Source: Actinomycetota bacterium (GTDB taxonomy: Bacteria > Actinomycetota > CADDZG01 > WHSQ01). Taken from it: a DNA stretch of 64,000 bases. The notes under the pieces were generated by a model. The model did no database searches and was not told where the DNA came from. It saw nothing but the letters and a program-made list of their open reading frames with translations. Position numbers and translations under genes: made by a program. Position 1 is the first letter of the stretch; every line of letters starts with the position of its first letter. The stretch spans positions 1,226 to 65,225 of the forward strand of contig DATADL010000250.1 in the NCBI GenBank assembly GCA_036258555.1, in the 5' to 3' direction. This document shows, piece after piece, positions 43,682 through 53,564 of this stretch.

Positions 43682-45288
43682 GCCTTCGAGCGCGCGAAGC
43701 GGTCCCCTACCAGGCTCCTCACGAACTGCATCTCCTCCACCCGCAGAAGCGACGCGAACCAGAGATACGACGCGGCCCCCACGGCGACGAGGCCGCCCAC
43801 CGCGACGACCGACGCCGCGTCCGAGAGGTCTTCTGCCAGGCGGGCGAGCGCGAACACGACGGCCGCCATCCCCGCCGCGGCCGCGGACGCCTTCAGCGCG
43901 CTGCGTCCGATCCGCCGGAGGTCCAACCCCGGCAGCTCGCGCGCGACGACCCGGCCCTGCAGCACGACCGCGACCGTGTACGCGAGCGCGTGTCCGGCAG
44001 CCAGCCCCTCGGGGCCGATCCACGAGAACATCGCGAGGTTCACCGCGATGTTGACGGCGATCACGACCGCGTTCACGAGGAACGGTGAACGGGCGTCCTC
44101 CATCGCGTACGACGCGCGCATCAGCACCTGGAACAGTGCGAACTGCACCAGGCCGAGGACGAGGAACGACAGGATGCTGACCACGAGGTCGGTCGAACGC
44201 GCCGTCACGACGCCGTGCTGCAGCAGCACCTCGACCACCGGCCGGGCGAGCACGAGGAAGCCCGCCGCACAGGGGACGATCAGGAACAGCGTCGACCTCA
44301 GCGCGAGCGACAGCACGTCGTCCATCCCCTCCCGCCCCGGCTGCAGCGCCGTCCGGCTCAACGACGGCGCCAGCGCGGTCGTCAACGACCACACGAAGAG
44401 ACCGACGGGGAGCAGGAAGAACGTGAACGCCGCGGTGTAGGCGGTGAACGCGCCCTGCGTCTCGTTGGCGATCTTCTGGACGGCGAGGAAGCCGATCTGG
44501 TTCGCCGCGACGAAGCCGACCGCGTAGCCGGACAGCCTCGCGACCCGGCGCCACAGCTCGCGGTCGAACCTCCACTCCCAGCGGTAGCCGAGGCGGCGCA
44601 ACGACGGCAGGAGCAGAAGGCCCATCGGCGCGACGCTCGCGGTCGTGCCGATCCCGAGCAGCGCGAGCTGGGCCGTCGTCACGTGCTCGAGGTCGACCTT
44701 CCCGTAGAGCACGGCGAACGCCACGAGCACCGCGATCAGCACGAGGTTGTTGACGATCGGCGTGAACATCGGGAGCACGAACTTCCTGCGGACGTTCATG
44801 AACGCGCTCCCGAGGAAGTAGAGGCCGTACAGCGGGATCTGCGGGAGGAAGAAGCGCAACAAGGTCGTGATCGCGCGCTGCTGCGCCTCTGCCTCGGCCC
44901 CCGAGAGGCTGGTCGAGTAGAAGCGCGCGATCAGGGGGGCCGCGAGGATGCCGAGCAGCGCGATGACGGTCAGCCCCACGAGGCAGACGTTCACGATCCC
45001 GCTGACGTCGCGCTCGCCCTCTTTCCGTCCGTCGAGGATCTCGACGAAGATCGGGACGAAGACCGCGGTGATGACGCCGCCGAGGACGAGCTCGTAGAGG
45101 ACGTTCGGCGTGGAGTTCGCCAGGTTGTAGGTGTCGGTCATGCGCGTCTCGGCCACGCCGAGCGTCCACGTGAGGAGACCTATCCGCGCGACCCCGGTGA
45201 CGCGCGACAGGACCGTGCCCAGCGTCATCAGCGCCGTAGCGCGTCCGAGCCGCGGCTCCTCCACCGTGGCCGCCGCCCCTGCGATCAC
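43678..45288 (-). CDS. murJ: Lipid II flippase MurJ/MviN
   Basis: 536 aa, about 14 transmembrane segments. N-terminal TLGTVLSRVTGVARI....LG......D.Y..AN..PN.LYEL..GG...A.FVP is canonical MurJ. Confidence 0.85.
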   Translation of the reverse strand: MIAGAAATVEEPRLGRATALMTLGTVLSRVTGVARIGLLTWTLGVAETRMTDTYNLANSTPNVLYELVLGGVITAVFVPIFVEILDGRKEGERDVSGIVNVCLVGLTVIALLGILAAPLIARFYSTSLSGAEAEAQQRAITTLLRFFLPQIPLYGLYFLGSAFMNVRRKFVLPMFTPIVNNLVLIAVLVAFAVLYGKVDLEHVTTAQLALLGIGTTASVAPMGLLLLPSLRRLGYRWEWRFDRELWRRVARLSGYAVGFVAANQIGFLAVQKIANETQGAFTAYTAAFTFFLLPVGLFVWSLTTALAPSLSRTALQPGREGMDDVLSLALRSTLFLIVPCAAGFLVLARPVVEVLLQHGVVTARSTDLVVSILSFLVLGLVQFALFQVLMRASYAMEDARSPFLVNAVVIAVNIAVNLAMFSWIGPEGLAAGHALAYTVAVVLQGRVVARELPGLDLRRIGRSALKASAAAAGMAAVVFALARLAEDLSDAASVVAVGGLVAVGAASYLWFASLLRVEEMQFVRSLVGDRFARSKA

Positions 45289-45551
45289 CTCGGCGCGTCG
45301 GACGGTGCCGCGTCCTCCTCGGCGACCCGGCTACGCAGCTCGTGGAGCCGCTGGAGGTCGTCGATGCCGATGGGGGCGAGCAGCCTGGCACCCGCGGCGG
45401 TCTTCGAGCCGTCGCCGATCTCGTGGACGCCGTGCGACGAGAACAGCCTCGCGACGTCGCCCCGGAGGCCCGGGGGCCAGGACTGCTCGTCGCTCGCGCC
45501 GGCCCGCGCCGCGCCGTCACCCGTGGAGCGGGCGGGTCCCGTGTCGGCCAT
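45285..45551 (-). CDS. Hypothetical protein (88 aa), translationally coupled (ATGA) to murJ
   Basis: It is the tail of spurious track ORF 45285..46922, with ATG at 45551. No motif recognised. Confidence 0.4.
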   Translation of the reverse strand: MADTGPARSTGDGAARAGASDEQSWPPGLRGDVARLFSSHGVHEIGDGSKTAAGARLLAPIGIDDLQRLHELRSRVAEEDAAPSDAPR

Positions 45552-45571
45552 GGCGCAATGGTGCCACGGGC

Positions 45572-46993
45572 TCAGGAAGCGGCCCGAGGCCGCCTCATCG
45601 TGACGGTCCGGCCGGTCAGGCGCGTGCGGACGGCCTCGAGCGCCGAGGCGCCGTCCACCCATTCGTGCGGCCGGATCTGCGCGCCGAACCCGTCGGAGCC
45701 GTAGAGGTCGACGGTCCCGTCGGGCCACGACGCGGCCGCCTCGCACGCGTCGAACCGGATCGTCACCCGCCGGGCCCCGCGGGTCATCGAGACGCCCTCC
45801 TCGCCCACGACGAGCGACGCGGAGGCATCTCCGTCCGCGCGGGCATAGGCGTTGCCTTCGATCGCGCCCGGCGACGAGCGCGGCAGGTGGTGGTACTCCG
45901 AGGGCATCCCGGCCCCGGGAGGCAGCAGGTAGAGCGAGGTCGACGCAAACTCGCGCGCGGCCTCTGCAGCGGCCTCTGGAGCGGGTGGGTCGGTCTCGTC
46001 GAGCGCGTCGGGGGTCGCCCCCGACGGGTCGAGGACGTGTCGCTGCGGCGCCCACTCCAACCGCGAGTACACCGACTCCGGCGAGGCGCGCCACTCGCGC
46101 AACCGTTCGTGGCGCGCGGCGATCTCGCCGGCGGTCGGACCGTCGGAGGCGAGGTCTTCGACGACGGCGACGTACGCGTCGGGGACGTCCTCGCCCGACC
46201 CTCCCGGGAACGTGCAGTGGATCGCGACGTGGTCGAGCCCGGGCCACAGCCGAACGGCTGCGACGCCCACCTCGTATCCGGCGCCGAGGCGTCGCCTCAA
46301 CCGCTCCGCGGCGGCCGAGGCGAAGGCGTCCGCGGCACCGGTGCCGGGGAGGATCGACGCTGCGGCCGCGTCTCCGGCGCGGTCCTCGGACCAGGCGGGC
46401 AGCGGCACCCTCGCCGTGCCCGGTCCGGGGGGAGGCTGCCACTCGCCCTGACTTCGCGAGGGCAGGCGCACGTCGTCGGGCGACACGTTCACGAGCGCGA
46501 GCGCGGCGTTCCGGGGGACGAAGAAGCGTTCGGTCCACGCGCCGACGGCCTCCCAGTCGACATGGTGCAGCCCGAGCTCGGGCTGTCCTGCGAGGCCCGC
46601 GCCCCGGGGGCCGAACCGCAGGGCGAGGAGCTGGTCGATGCCGTCCGGGACGCGCCAGCCGGAGTACCTGATCTCGCGCTCGCGCGTGGGTTCGAGCGAC
46701 GCCGCGCGAGGCGAAGCCAGACGACCCCACACGTGCCGCAGGACCGAGATCACCTCGTCCCGCGTGCCGTCCAGCTCGAAGGTCGTCGTGGGGACGCCCG
46801 CGAAGGAGCCGTACGCGGCGCTGCCGTCGTCGACGCCTTCGAGCGCGACGCCGGCGGCCAGACGCGAGATGCCGCGGGTCAGCAGGGTCTCGTCGAGCGC
46901 GCCCACGCGGAAAACGAGCCATGCCCGAGCGGGACCGTCTCCCTCGGCCCAGAAGGTCTCCAGCCCGTCGAGGTCCGTCCGCCGGATGTCCAT
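45572..46993 (-). CDS. Hypothetical protein (473 aa); faint resemblance to inactive M16/pitrilysin-like proteins, no HxxEH motif
   Basis: ATG at 46993; the upstream part of track ORF 45572..47305 is a shadow frame. The family assignment is not secure. Confidence 0.5.
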   Translation of the reverse strand: MDIRRTDLDGLETFWAEGDGPARAWLVFRVGALDETLLTRGISRLAAGVALEGVDDGSAAYGSFAGVPTTTFELDGTRDEVISVLRHVWGRLASPRAASLEPTREREIRYSGWRVPDGIDQLLALRFGPRGAGLAGQPELGLHHVDWEAVGAWTERFFVPRNAALALVNVSPDDVRLPSRSQGEWQPPPGPGTARVPLPAWSEDRAGDAAAASILPGTGAADAFASAAAERLRRRLGAGYEVGVAAVRLWPGLDHVAIHCTFPGGSGEDVPDAYVAVVEDLASDGPTAGEIAARHERLREWRASPESVYSRLEWAPQRHVLDPSGATPDALDETDPPAPEAAAEAAREFASTSLYLLPPGAGMPSEYHHLPRSSPGAIEGNAYARADGDASASLVVGEEGVSMTRGARRVTIRFDACEAAASWPDGTVDLYGSDGFGAQIRPHEWVDGASALEAVRTRLTGRTVTMRRPRAAS

Positions 46994-46998
46994 CGACG

Positions 46999-47424
46999 CT
47001 AGGTGCGCTCGAGCCTCGCGACGTTGCCGGCCTCGGCCGGGTCGGGCTCTGCCGAGAACCACGCGTCGAGCATCTCCTTCGCCACCTCGGGTGACGTCAG
47101 GCGCAGCCCCATCACGAGCACGTTCGCGTCGTTGTAGCGGCGCGCTCCCTCGGCGGTCGAGGCGTCGGTGCAGAGCGCGGCCCTCACGCCCGGGACCTTG
47201 TTCGCGGCGATCGACGCGCCCGTGCCGGTCCAGCAGAACAGCACGCCCGTGTCGGCCTCGCCCCCGGCGACGGCCGTCCCCACTTTCTGCCCGACCTCGG
47301 CCCACTCGATGTCCTGCCCGGCGGGGGGACCTACCAGGGCGACGTCGTGGCCGCGCTCCTCGAGCTCGCGCGCGACCGCGTCGGTGAGGGGGGTCTTCAT
47401 GTCGGAGCCCAGCACGACGCGCAT
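46999..47424 (-). CDS. rpiB: Ribose-5-phosphate isomerase B (RpiB/LacA/LacB family)
   Basis: G.LFCWTGTGASIAANKVPGVRAA....S.A...R..NDANVL..G.R is a canonical RpiB core. Confidence 0.85.
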   Translation of the reverse strand: MRVVLGSDMKTPLTDAVARELEERGHDVALVGPPAGQDIEWAEVGQKVGTAVAGGEADTGVLFCWTGTGASIAANKVPGVRAALCTDASTAEGARRYNDANVLVMGLRLTSPEVAKEMLDAWFSAEPDPAEAGNVARLERT

Positions 47425-47449
47425 GGGCCCAATCTACAGAGCGGAGGAG

Positions 47450-48145
47450 CTAGCGGTCCGCGTAGCGCTCCTTGACGAGGACCACCTCGTCCATGGAGTC
47501 GAGGAACAGGTCGAGCAGCTCGGCGTCGAAATGCGCCCCGCGGCCCTCTCGCATGATCTCGATCGCCTGCGGCAGCGGAGAGGCCTTCTTGTAGACCTTG
47601 TTCGAGGTGAGGGCGTCGAACACGTCCGCGATCGCGGCCATCCGGCCCTCGACCGGGATGTCCTCGCCGGCGAGGCGTCGCGGATACCCGTTGCCGTCGA
47701 CGCGCTCGTGGTGCGTCCACGCGATCTGCGCCGCAAGCGTGAGCAGCTGCGAGCGCGAGCCCGACAGGATGCGGTAGCCGATCTCGCTGTGCTGCTCCAT
47801 GATCCGGCGCTCCTCCGGCGTGAGCTTGCCCGGCTTGAGGAGGATGCTGTCGGGGATCCCGATCTTGCCCACGTCGTGCATGACGGCGGCGATCCGGACC
47901 TGCTCCGCGCGATCGGGGGTCGCTCCCGCCCGGCGGGCCAGCAGCGCGGTGTAGCGGCTCATCCTCTGGACGTGCCGCGCCGTCTCGTCGTCGCGGAACT
48001 CGGCCGCGATCGAGAGCCTCTCCACGACGGCGTCCTGCGTCAGGCGCAGCTCGCTCTCGGCCATGTGGAGCCGGTCGACCTCGGCCGCGAGCTCCGCGTT
48101 GCCGCGGACACCCGACTGCTCGGGGCCGTCTTGCCGAAGGCCCAT
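47450..48145 (-). CDS. HD-GYP domain protein (putative c-di-GMP phosphodiesterase) with no receiver domain
   Basis: H..RM, MHDVGKIGIPD, HHERVDGNGYP and DVFDAL motifs. Confidence 0.85.
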   Translation of the reverse strand: MGLRQDGPEQSGVRGNAELAAEVDRLHMAESELRLTQDAVVERLSIAAEFRDDETARHVQRMSRYTALLARRAGATPDRAEQVRIAAVMHDVGKIGIPDSILLKPGKLTPEERRIMEQHSEIGYRILSGSRSQLLTLAAQIAWTHHERVDGNGYPRRLAGEDIPVEGRMAAIADVFDALTSNKVYKKASPLPQAIEIMREGRGAHFDAELLDLFLDSMDEVVLVKERYADR

Positions 48146-48266
48146 CTCGGGACTGTTGATGATCCGTCTCCTCTGCGTCGACGGCGCGGTTGCACCGGTG
48201 ACCTCTTCCTACCCATCGGGTCGATCACGCCCGGAATTGAGGAAGTGCGGGCGAAAGTTTGGGTCG

Positions 48267-49964
48267 CTAGCCGGCGACGTCGGAGCTCTGCGCCGGGGCC
48301 GGGGCCTCGCCCCACTCCGCGAGGTCGAGCTGCGGACCCGCCGGGGTCGCGCCCGGGCCGAGGCCGCGTTGTGCGAGCCGGGCGGCGGCTGCCGCAGTGC
48401 GCGTGCTCCCGCGCTCGAACGCCCACGCCCCCTGCTTGCACAGCTCGGCGCACGCGACGGTCCTTCCCACGGCCAGGGCGAGCTCCCGCGCGCCCTCCTC
48501 GCCCACCTCGGGCGCGAGCGAGGCGATCCGCGCCGCAGCGGTCGCGACGGCCCGGGCGGGCTCGCCCACCCCGGGGTGGTCGGACAGCGGTCCGGCGCCC
48601 TCGGTGACGTCGGCGATCAGCGCGTCGAGGGCCGCCGAGCGCGCGATGGCACGGCGCAGGTCCAGCGCGAGGACGTTCGTGGTGCCCTCCCAGATCGGCA
48701 TCACGTGCGTGTTGCGGACGAGCGCGGGCAGGCCCGAGTCCTCGCAGTACCCCACGCCGCCCAGGCACTCCATGGCCTCGGTCACGCCGGCGACGGCCCA
48801 GCGCGCCGTGGCGAGCTTCGTCACCGGCGTGAGCCCGCGCAGCATGCGCTCCTCGTCCGAGGTCGCGGTGCCGTGCTCGACGCGGCCGGTGAGCTCGCAG
48901 CACTTGAGGACGAGGGCCAGCGCCGCCGCGTGGTCGACCGCGAGGTCAGCGAGCGTCGATCGGTGCGCGGGCAGCGCCGCCAGCGGCCGCCCGCCGACCT
49001 CCCGCACCTCCGCGAACGCGCGTGCCCACGCGAGCCCACGCGCCAGCGCACCGGCGGCGTGGAGGGCGTTGTGGATGCGGGTGAGGTTCAGCATCGTCGC
49101 GATCCGGCGGAGGCCCCCCCCGTCCGGCTCTCCGACGGGCCAGGCGACGGCGCCCTCCAGCTCGAGCTCCGCCGTGGGCAGCGCGCGCGTGCCGAGCTTG
49201 TCCTTCAGACGCCGGACGACGATCCCGTTCGGCCGGCCGTCGTCTCCGCGGCGGTGCACGCGGAAGAGCGACAGGCCGCGCGACCCGTCGGGCGCGCCCT
49301 CGGGACGCGCGAGCGTCAGCGCGATCTCCGACGTGGTCGCGCTCGTGAACCACTTCGTGCCGTACAGGCGCCACGTCCCGTCGCCGTCGCGGCGCGCGAC
49401 GGTCTCGGTGCGGCCGACGTCGGATCCCCCGGTGGTCTCGGTCATCCACTGTCCGCTCGTCCAGGCCCGGCCCGGGTCGCGCGACACCAGGCGCTCGACG
49501 ACGGGGACCTCGGAAGGGCCGCCGTGCACGAGCAGCGTGCGCGCGGCCGCATCCGTCATCGCGACCGGACAGCTGTAGAGCGCCGAAGACGGTCCCCACA
49601 GCGCGACCAGCGCGCCCCAGACCAGGCGGGCGGCGGGACCGTAGGGGCCGTCCTCGTACGGAAGGGCAGTCACGCCGGCGCGCACCCCGTCCGCACCGAG
49701 TGACAGATACGCGTCGGAGACGCGTATCTCGTCGACGCGCTCGCCCCATGCGGAGTAGGGAACGTGGACGGGCGGCTCCTGCTCGGCCCGCAGCGCGAGC
49801 TCGAGGGTCTCGTCTCGGACCGCCCACGCGCCCATCGCGGCGAGGTCGGCCTCGGCCGCCCCGAACGCGTCGTCACCGAGTCGCCACAACAGCGCCTCGC
49901 GCAGCGTCGCGTCGGAGCGCCACGCGTCCGGGAGACGCGGCGGATCCTGGAGGAAGCCGCTCAT
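48267..49964 (-). CDS. Acyl-CoA dehydrogenase family protein (AidB-like)
   Basis: TE..GGSDV, G.KWF.S and IWEGT.NV motifs. 565 aa with an AidB-type N-terminal extension. Confidence 0.8.
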   Translation of the reverse strand: MSGFLQDPPRLPDAWRSDATLREALLWRLGDDAFGAAEADLAAMGAWAVRDETLELALRAEQEPPVHVPYSAWGERVDEIRVSDAYLSLGADGVRAGVTALPYEDGPYGPAARLVWGALVALWGPSSALYSCPVAMTDAAARTLLVHGGPSEVPVVERLVSRDPGRAWTSGQWMTETTGGSDVGRTETVARRDGDGTWRLYGTKWFTSATTSEIALTLARPEGAPDGSRGLSLFRVHRRGDDGRPNGIVVRRLKDKLGTRALPTAELELEGAVAWPVGEPDGGGLRRIATMLNLTRIHNALHAAGALARGLAWARAFAEVREVGGRPLAALPAHRSTLADLAVDHAAALALVLKCCELTGRVEHGTATSDEERMLRGLTPVTKLATARWAVAGVTEAMECLGGVGYCEDSGLPALVRNTHVMPIWEGTTNVLALDLRRAIARSAALDALIADVTEGAGPLSDHPGVGEPARAVATAAARIASLAPEVGEEGARELALAVGRTVACAELCKQGAWAFERGSTRTAAAAARLAQRGLGPGATPAGPQLDLAEWGEAPAPAQSSDVAG

Positions 49965-49988
49965 TGCCCCAGCTTATGCTCGGCCACG

Positions 49989-50885
49989 ATGCCCGAGCCC
50001 GCCATAGAGGTACGCAACCTCACCAAGTCCTACGGCGACGTCGCCGCCGTGAAGGGGATCGACCTCCGCGTCGAGCGGGGCGAGATCTTCGCCCTTCTCG
50101 GCCCGAACGGGGCGGGCAAGACGACGACGGTGGAGATCCTCGAGGGCCACCGGAAACGCTCGGGTGGCGAGGTGTCGGTCCTCGGTCACGATCCGGGCCG
50201 CGGCGAGCGCGCGTTCAAGGAGCGCATCGGGATCGTCCTCCAGGAGACCGGCGTCGAGCCCTACCTGACCGTCGCGGAGGTCGTCGACCTGTTCCGCGGC
50301 TACTACCCGAGCCCGCGCCCGGTCGACGAGATCGTCGAGCTCGTAGGGCTGTCGGAGAAACGGGACGAGCGCGTGAGCAAGCTCTCCGGCGGCCAGCAGC
50401 GACGCCTCGACGTCGCCATCGGGCTCGCAGGCGACCCGGAGCTGTTGTTCCTCGACGAGCCCACGACCGGGTTCGACCCGTCGGCGCGGCGCGGGGCGTG
50501 GAAGATCGTGAAGGACCTCGCGGGGGCCGGTAAGACGATCTTCCTCACGACCCACTACATGGACGAGGCGCAGTTCCTCGCCGACCGGGTCGCGATCATC
50601 GTCGGAGGCGAGATCATCGCCGAGGGACCGCCCTCGACCCTGGCCACCCACGACCTCGCGACGACGCGGATCAGCTTCGCGCTGCCGGACGGGCGGTCCC
50701 TGCCGGAGTCCCTCGCGTCCGCGACGGTCGACGGGGAGCTCGTCGAGATCGGCACGACGGAGCCGATGCGGACCTTGAACGAGCTCACGGGCTGGGCGCT
50801 GGCAGAGGGCATCGAGCTGCAGGGCATCACCGTGTCGCGGCCCTCGCTCGAAGACGTGTACCTCGATCTCACGAGCGCGTCGTGA
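49989..50885 (+). CDS. ABC transporter ATP-binding protein (DrrA/ABC-2 type)
   Basis: ATG at 49989. GPNGAGKTT, LSGGQQRRL and LLFLDEP motifs. Confidence 0.9.
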   Translation: MPEPAIEVRNLTKSYGDVAAVKGIDLRVERGEIFALLGPNGAGKTTTVEILEGHRKRSGGEVSVLGHDPGRGERAFKERIGIVLQETGVEPYLTVAEVVDLFRGYYPSPRPVDEIVELVGLSEKRDERVSKLSGGQQRRLDVAIGLAGDPELLFLDEPTTGFDPSARRGAWKIVKDLAGAGKTIFLTTHYMDEAQFLADRVAIIVGGEIIAEGPPSTLATHDLATTRISFALPDGRSLPESLASATVDGELVEIGTTEPMRTLNELTGWALAEGIELQGITVSRPSLEDVYLDLTSAS

Positions 50886-51664
50886 GCACCGCGGCGCTCA
50901 CGTTCAGACAGGTCGGCTTCGAGAACCGGAGCTTCTGGAGGAACCCGCCCGCCGCGTTCTTCACGTTCGTGTTCCCGCTGATGTTCCTGGTGATCTTCAA
51001 CCTGATCTTCGGCGGCGACGACATCCCGATCGGACGGGGCCGGACGATCAGCGGCTCGACGTTCTACGTCCCCGCGATCGCGGCGTTCTCCGTGATCACC
51101 GCGTGCTACACGAACATCGCCATCTCCGTCGCGACGGCGCGCGACCTCGGCATCCTCAAGAGGGTCCGGGGAACCCCGCTGCCGTCCTCGGCCTACCTAC
51201 TCGCACGCGTGATCCACGCGAGCGTGATCGCGCTGCTCCTCGTCGGGGTCGTGACCCTCGCGGGGGCCGCGTTCTACGGCGTCGACGCGCCGACCGGCGA
51301 CCTCCCGCTGTTCGCGCTCACGATCGTCGTCGGCGCGGCCGCTTTCTCCGCGCTCGGGCTGGCCCTCACCGCGGTGATCCCGACGGCGCAGGCGGCGCCC
51401 GCGGTCGTCAACGCGTCGATCCTGCCGCTTCTGTTCATCTCGAACATCTTCATCCCGGTGAACCAGGCGCCGGAATGGCTGGAGACGTTCTCGAAGGTGT
51501 TCCCCGTCCGTCACTACGCGGACGCGATGGCGGCCTCGTTCGTCCCGGACGAGCTCGGCGTCGAGTACGTCTTCGACTGGACGAGCCTCCTCGTCGTGGC
51601 GGCGTGGGGCATCGCGGGCCTGGCGCTGGCGAACCGGTTCTTCTCGTGGGAGCCGCGCCGGTGA
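50882..51664 (+). CDS. ABC-2-type transporter permease
   Basis: Six hydrophobic segments. GTGA overlap with the ATPase gene. Confidence 0.8.
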   Translation: MSTAALTFRQVGFENRSFWRNPPAAFFTFVFPLMFLVIFNLIFGGDDIPIGRGRTISGSTFYVPAIAAFSVITACYTNIAISVATARDLGILKRVRGTPLPSSAYLLARVIHASVIALLLVGVVTLAGAAFYGVDAPTGDLPLFALTIVVGAAAFSALGLALTAVIPTAQAAPAVVNASILPLLFISNIFIPVNQAPEWLETFSKVFPVRHYADAMAASFVPDELGVEYVFDWTSLLVVAAWGIAGLALANRFFSWEPRR

Positions 51665-52737
51665 GCGCCGTCGCCGTGGCGGGTCCGGAGGTCCTCGAAG
51701 ACGTCGTGGTCTTCTCGCTCCCCGACCCCGACCGCGCCCTGCAGGGCGTGCGGCTGCTCCAGGAGATCAGGAGGCCGCGCAACGGGCCCGAGTTCCAGCG
51801 CGACGCCAACGCCGACGTGTGGAAGGCGGCGTTCCTCCGGCCGAGGGCCGACCGGATGGAGTACCAGCTGGAGCTCCAGCACCCCGACGGGCGATACGAG
51901 GTGATCACCGATCCGGGGAACCCGCTGACCGCCCCGGGCCCGTTCGGCGACAAGTCCGTGCTCGAGCTCCCGGGTTACGCGCCGCCGGCGTGGCTCGACG
52001 AGGAGGCGCCGCCGGGAACGGAGACACCAGCGCTGATACCGAGCAGGATCCTGCGCGACCGCGTCCCCGCCCTCGTCTGGTCCCCTCCCGACACCGACCC
52101 GGAGGAGCCGCTGCCGTTGCTCGTCGCCCACGACGGCCCCGAGTTCGCGAGCTACTCCGCGTTGACGCGGTATCTCTCCGTGATGGTGACGCGGCAAAGG
52201 CTGCCGCGGATGCGGGCCGGGCTCGTCGGGCCGGTCGACCGCGACAACACGTACTCCGCGTCGGCCGCGTACTCGCGCGCGATGGCGCACGAGATCCTGC
52301 CGGCGCTCGACCGGCTCGCGCCCACACGGCACGGACGCAGCGCGCGCATCGGCATGGGGGCGAGCCTCGGGGCACTCGCGATGCTCGTGCAGCACCGGCG
52401 CGCGCCGGCCACGTTCGGAGGTCTGTACCTCCAGTCAGGCAGCTTCTTCCGACAGCGCTTCGACCGGCACGAGGCGGGGTTCCCCCGGTTCCGCCGCATC
52501 TCCCGTTTCGTCGGGGGCGTCCTGACGGCCGACGACTGGGCGCACCCGATCCCGGTGACGATGACGTGCGGGACCGTCGAGGAGAACCTGGCGAACAACC
52601 GGGCGGTCCGCGACGCGCTCGAGGCGCAGGGCTACGACGTCTACCTCTTCGAGAACCGCGACGGGCACAACTGGGTGGGCTGGCGCGACACGTTCGACCC
52701 GCACCTCACGAACCTGCTCACGAAGGTGTGGGGATGA
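51661..52737 (+). CDS. Esterase-family protein (enterochelin-esterase-like alpha/beta hydrolase with an N-terminal beta domain)
   Basis: The GTG at 51661 overlaps the permease stop. GASLGAL nucleophile-elbow-like motif. DGHNW near the C-terminus. Confidence 0.7.
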   Translation: MSAVAVAGPEVLEDVVVFSLPDPDRALQGVRLLQEIRRPRNGPEFQRDANADVWKAAFLRPRADRMEYQLELQHPDGRYEVITDPGNPLTAPGPFGDKSVLELPGYAPPAWLDEEAPPGTETPALIPSRILRDRVPALVWSPPDTDPEEPLPLLVAHDGPEFASYSALTRYLSVMVTRQRLPRMRAGLVGPVDRDNTYSASAAYSRAMAHEILPALDRLAPTRHGRSARIGMGASLGALAMLVQHRRAPATFGGLYLQSGSFFRQRFDRHEAGFPRFRRISRFVGGVLTADDWAHPIPVTMTCGTVEENLANNRAVRDALEAQGYDVYLFENRDGHNWVGWRDTFDPHLTNLLTKVWG

Positions 52738-53474
52738 GGCGCGACCACGTCTCGCTCCCGGCCCCCGCCATCGGGGGGCACGGCGACGTCATCGCGTACG
52801 GGGACTGGGGCCGTCCGTTGCTCGTGTTCCCGTCGCAGCAGGGGCGCTCCTGGGACTACGAGAACAACGGGATGATCGGCGCGCTCGGGTCGTTGATCGA
52901 GGCGGGCCGTCTCAAGGTCTACTGCGTCGACAGCTTCGACGCCGGAAGCTGGGACGTCCCCCACCTCTCCCTGGAGGAGCGGGCGGAGCGCCACGGCGGC
53001 TACGAGGACTGGATCGTGAACCACGTCGTGCCGTTCGTCCACCTCGACTGCGGTGGCGCCGTCGAGATCATGACGACCGGCTGCAGCTTCGGCGCGTACC
53101 ACGCCGCGAACTTCGCCCTCAAGCGGGCGGACCTGTTCCCGCTCGCGATCTGCCTCAGCGGCGTCTACGACGTCTCGCGCGTCGGCCACGGCCACCGCGG
53201 CGACGCGTTCTACTTCAACAACCCGATGGACTACGTCTCGAACATGGACGGGGACCACCTCGAGTGGCTGCGGGACCGCGTCAGCCTGCTGCTCGTGTGC
53301 GGGCAGGGTCAGTGGGAGGACACGACGAACGCGCTGCAGAGCACGAAGCAGTTCGCCGCCGTGCTCGAGAGCAAGGGGATAAGGCACGAGCTCGACCTGT
53401 GGGGCCACGACGTTCCCCACGACTGGCCATCCTGGAGGAGGCAGATAGCCCATCACGTTCCGAGATTCTGTTGA
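52734..53474 (+). CDS. Esterase-family alpha/beta hydrolase
   Basis: The ATG at 52734 overlaps the upstream stop (ATGA). GCSFGAYHA nucleophile elbow. HDW near the C-terminus. Confidence 0.7.
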   Translation: MRRDHVSLPAPAIGGHGDVIAYGDWGRPLLVFPSQQGRSWDYENNGMIGALGSLIEAGRLKVYCVDSFDAGSWDVPHLSLEERAERHGGYEDWIVNHVVPFVHLDCGGAVEIMTTGCSFGAYHAANFALKRADLFPLAICLSGVYDVSRVGHGHRGDAFYFNNPMDYVSNMDGDHLEWLRDRVSLLLVCGQGQWEDTTNALQSTKQFAAVLESKGIRHELDLWGHDVPHDWPSWRRQIAHHVPRFC

Positions 53475-53523
53475 CGGCCGTCGCCGGAGGCGGCGACGTC
53501 GGACGAGGAAGATTCCGCATGGG

Positions 53524-53545
53524 ACGGGATCGCTTGCGATCCCGT
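53524..53545. promoter_or_regulatory. Perfect 22-nt palindrome ACGGGATCGC-TT-GCGATCCCGT between esterase 2 and the ATP-grasp gene (attenuator, terminator or operator)
   Basis: All 10 arm positions pair. Lies 20 nt upstream of the GTG at 53565. Confidence 0.4.
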
Positions 53546-53564
53546 TAGAACGAAAGGGGCGGTC

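Noticed and set aside
42743-45520. 925-aa minus ORF, plus the similar long ORFs 44215..45603, 45131..47002 and 48063..49703
   Set aside because: They are low-complexity Arg/Gly/Pro/Asp translations overlapping genes with canonical motifs (murJ, the sulfotransferase, the acyl-CoA dehydrogenase).
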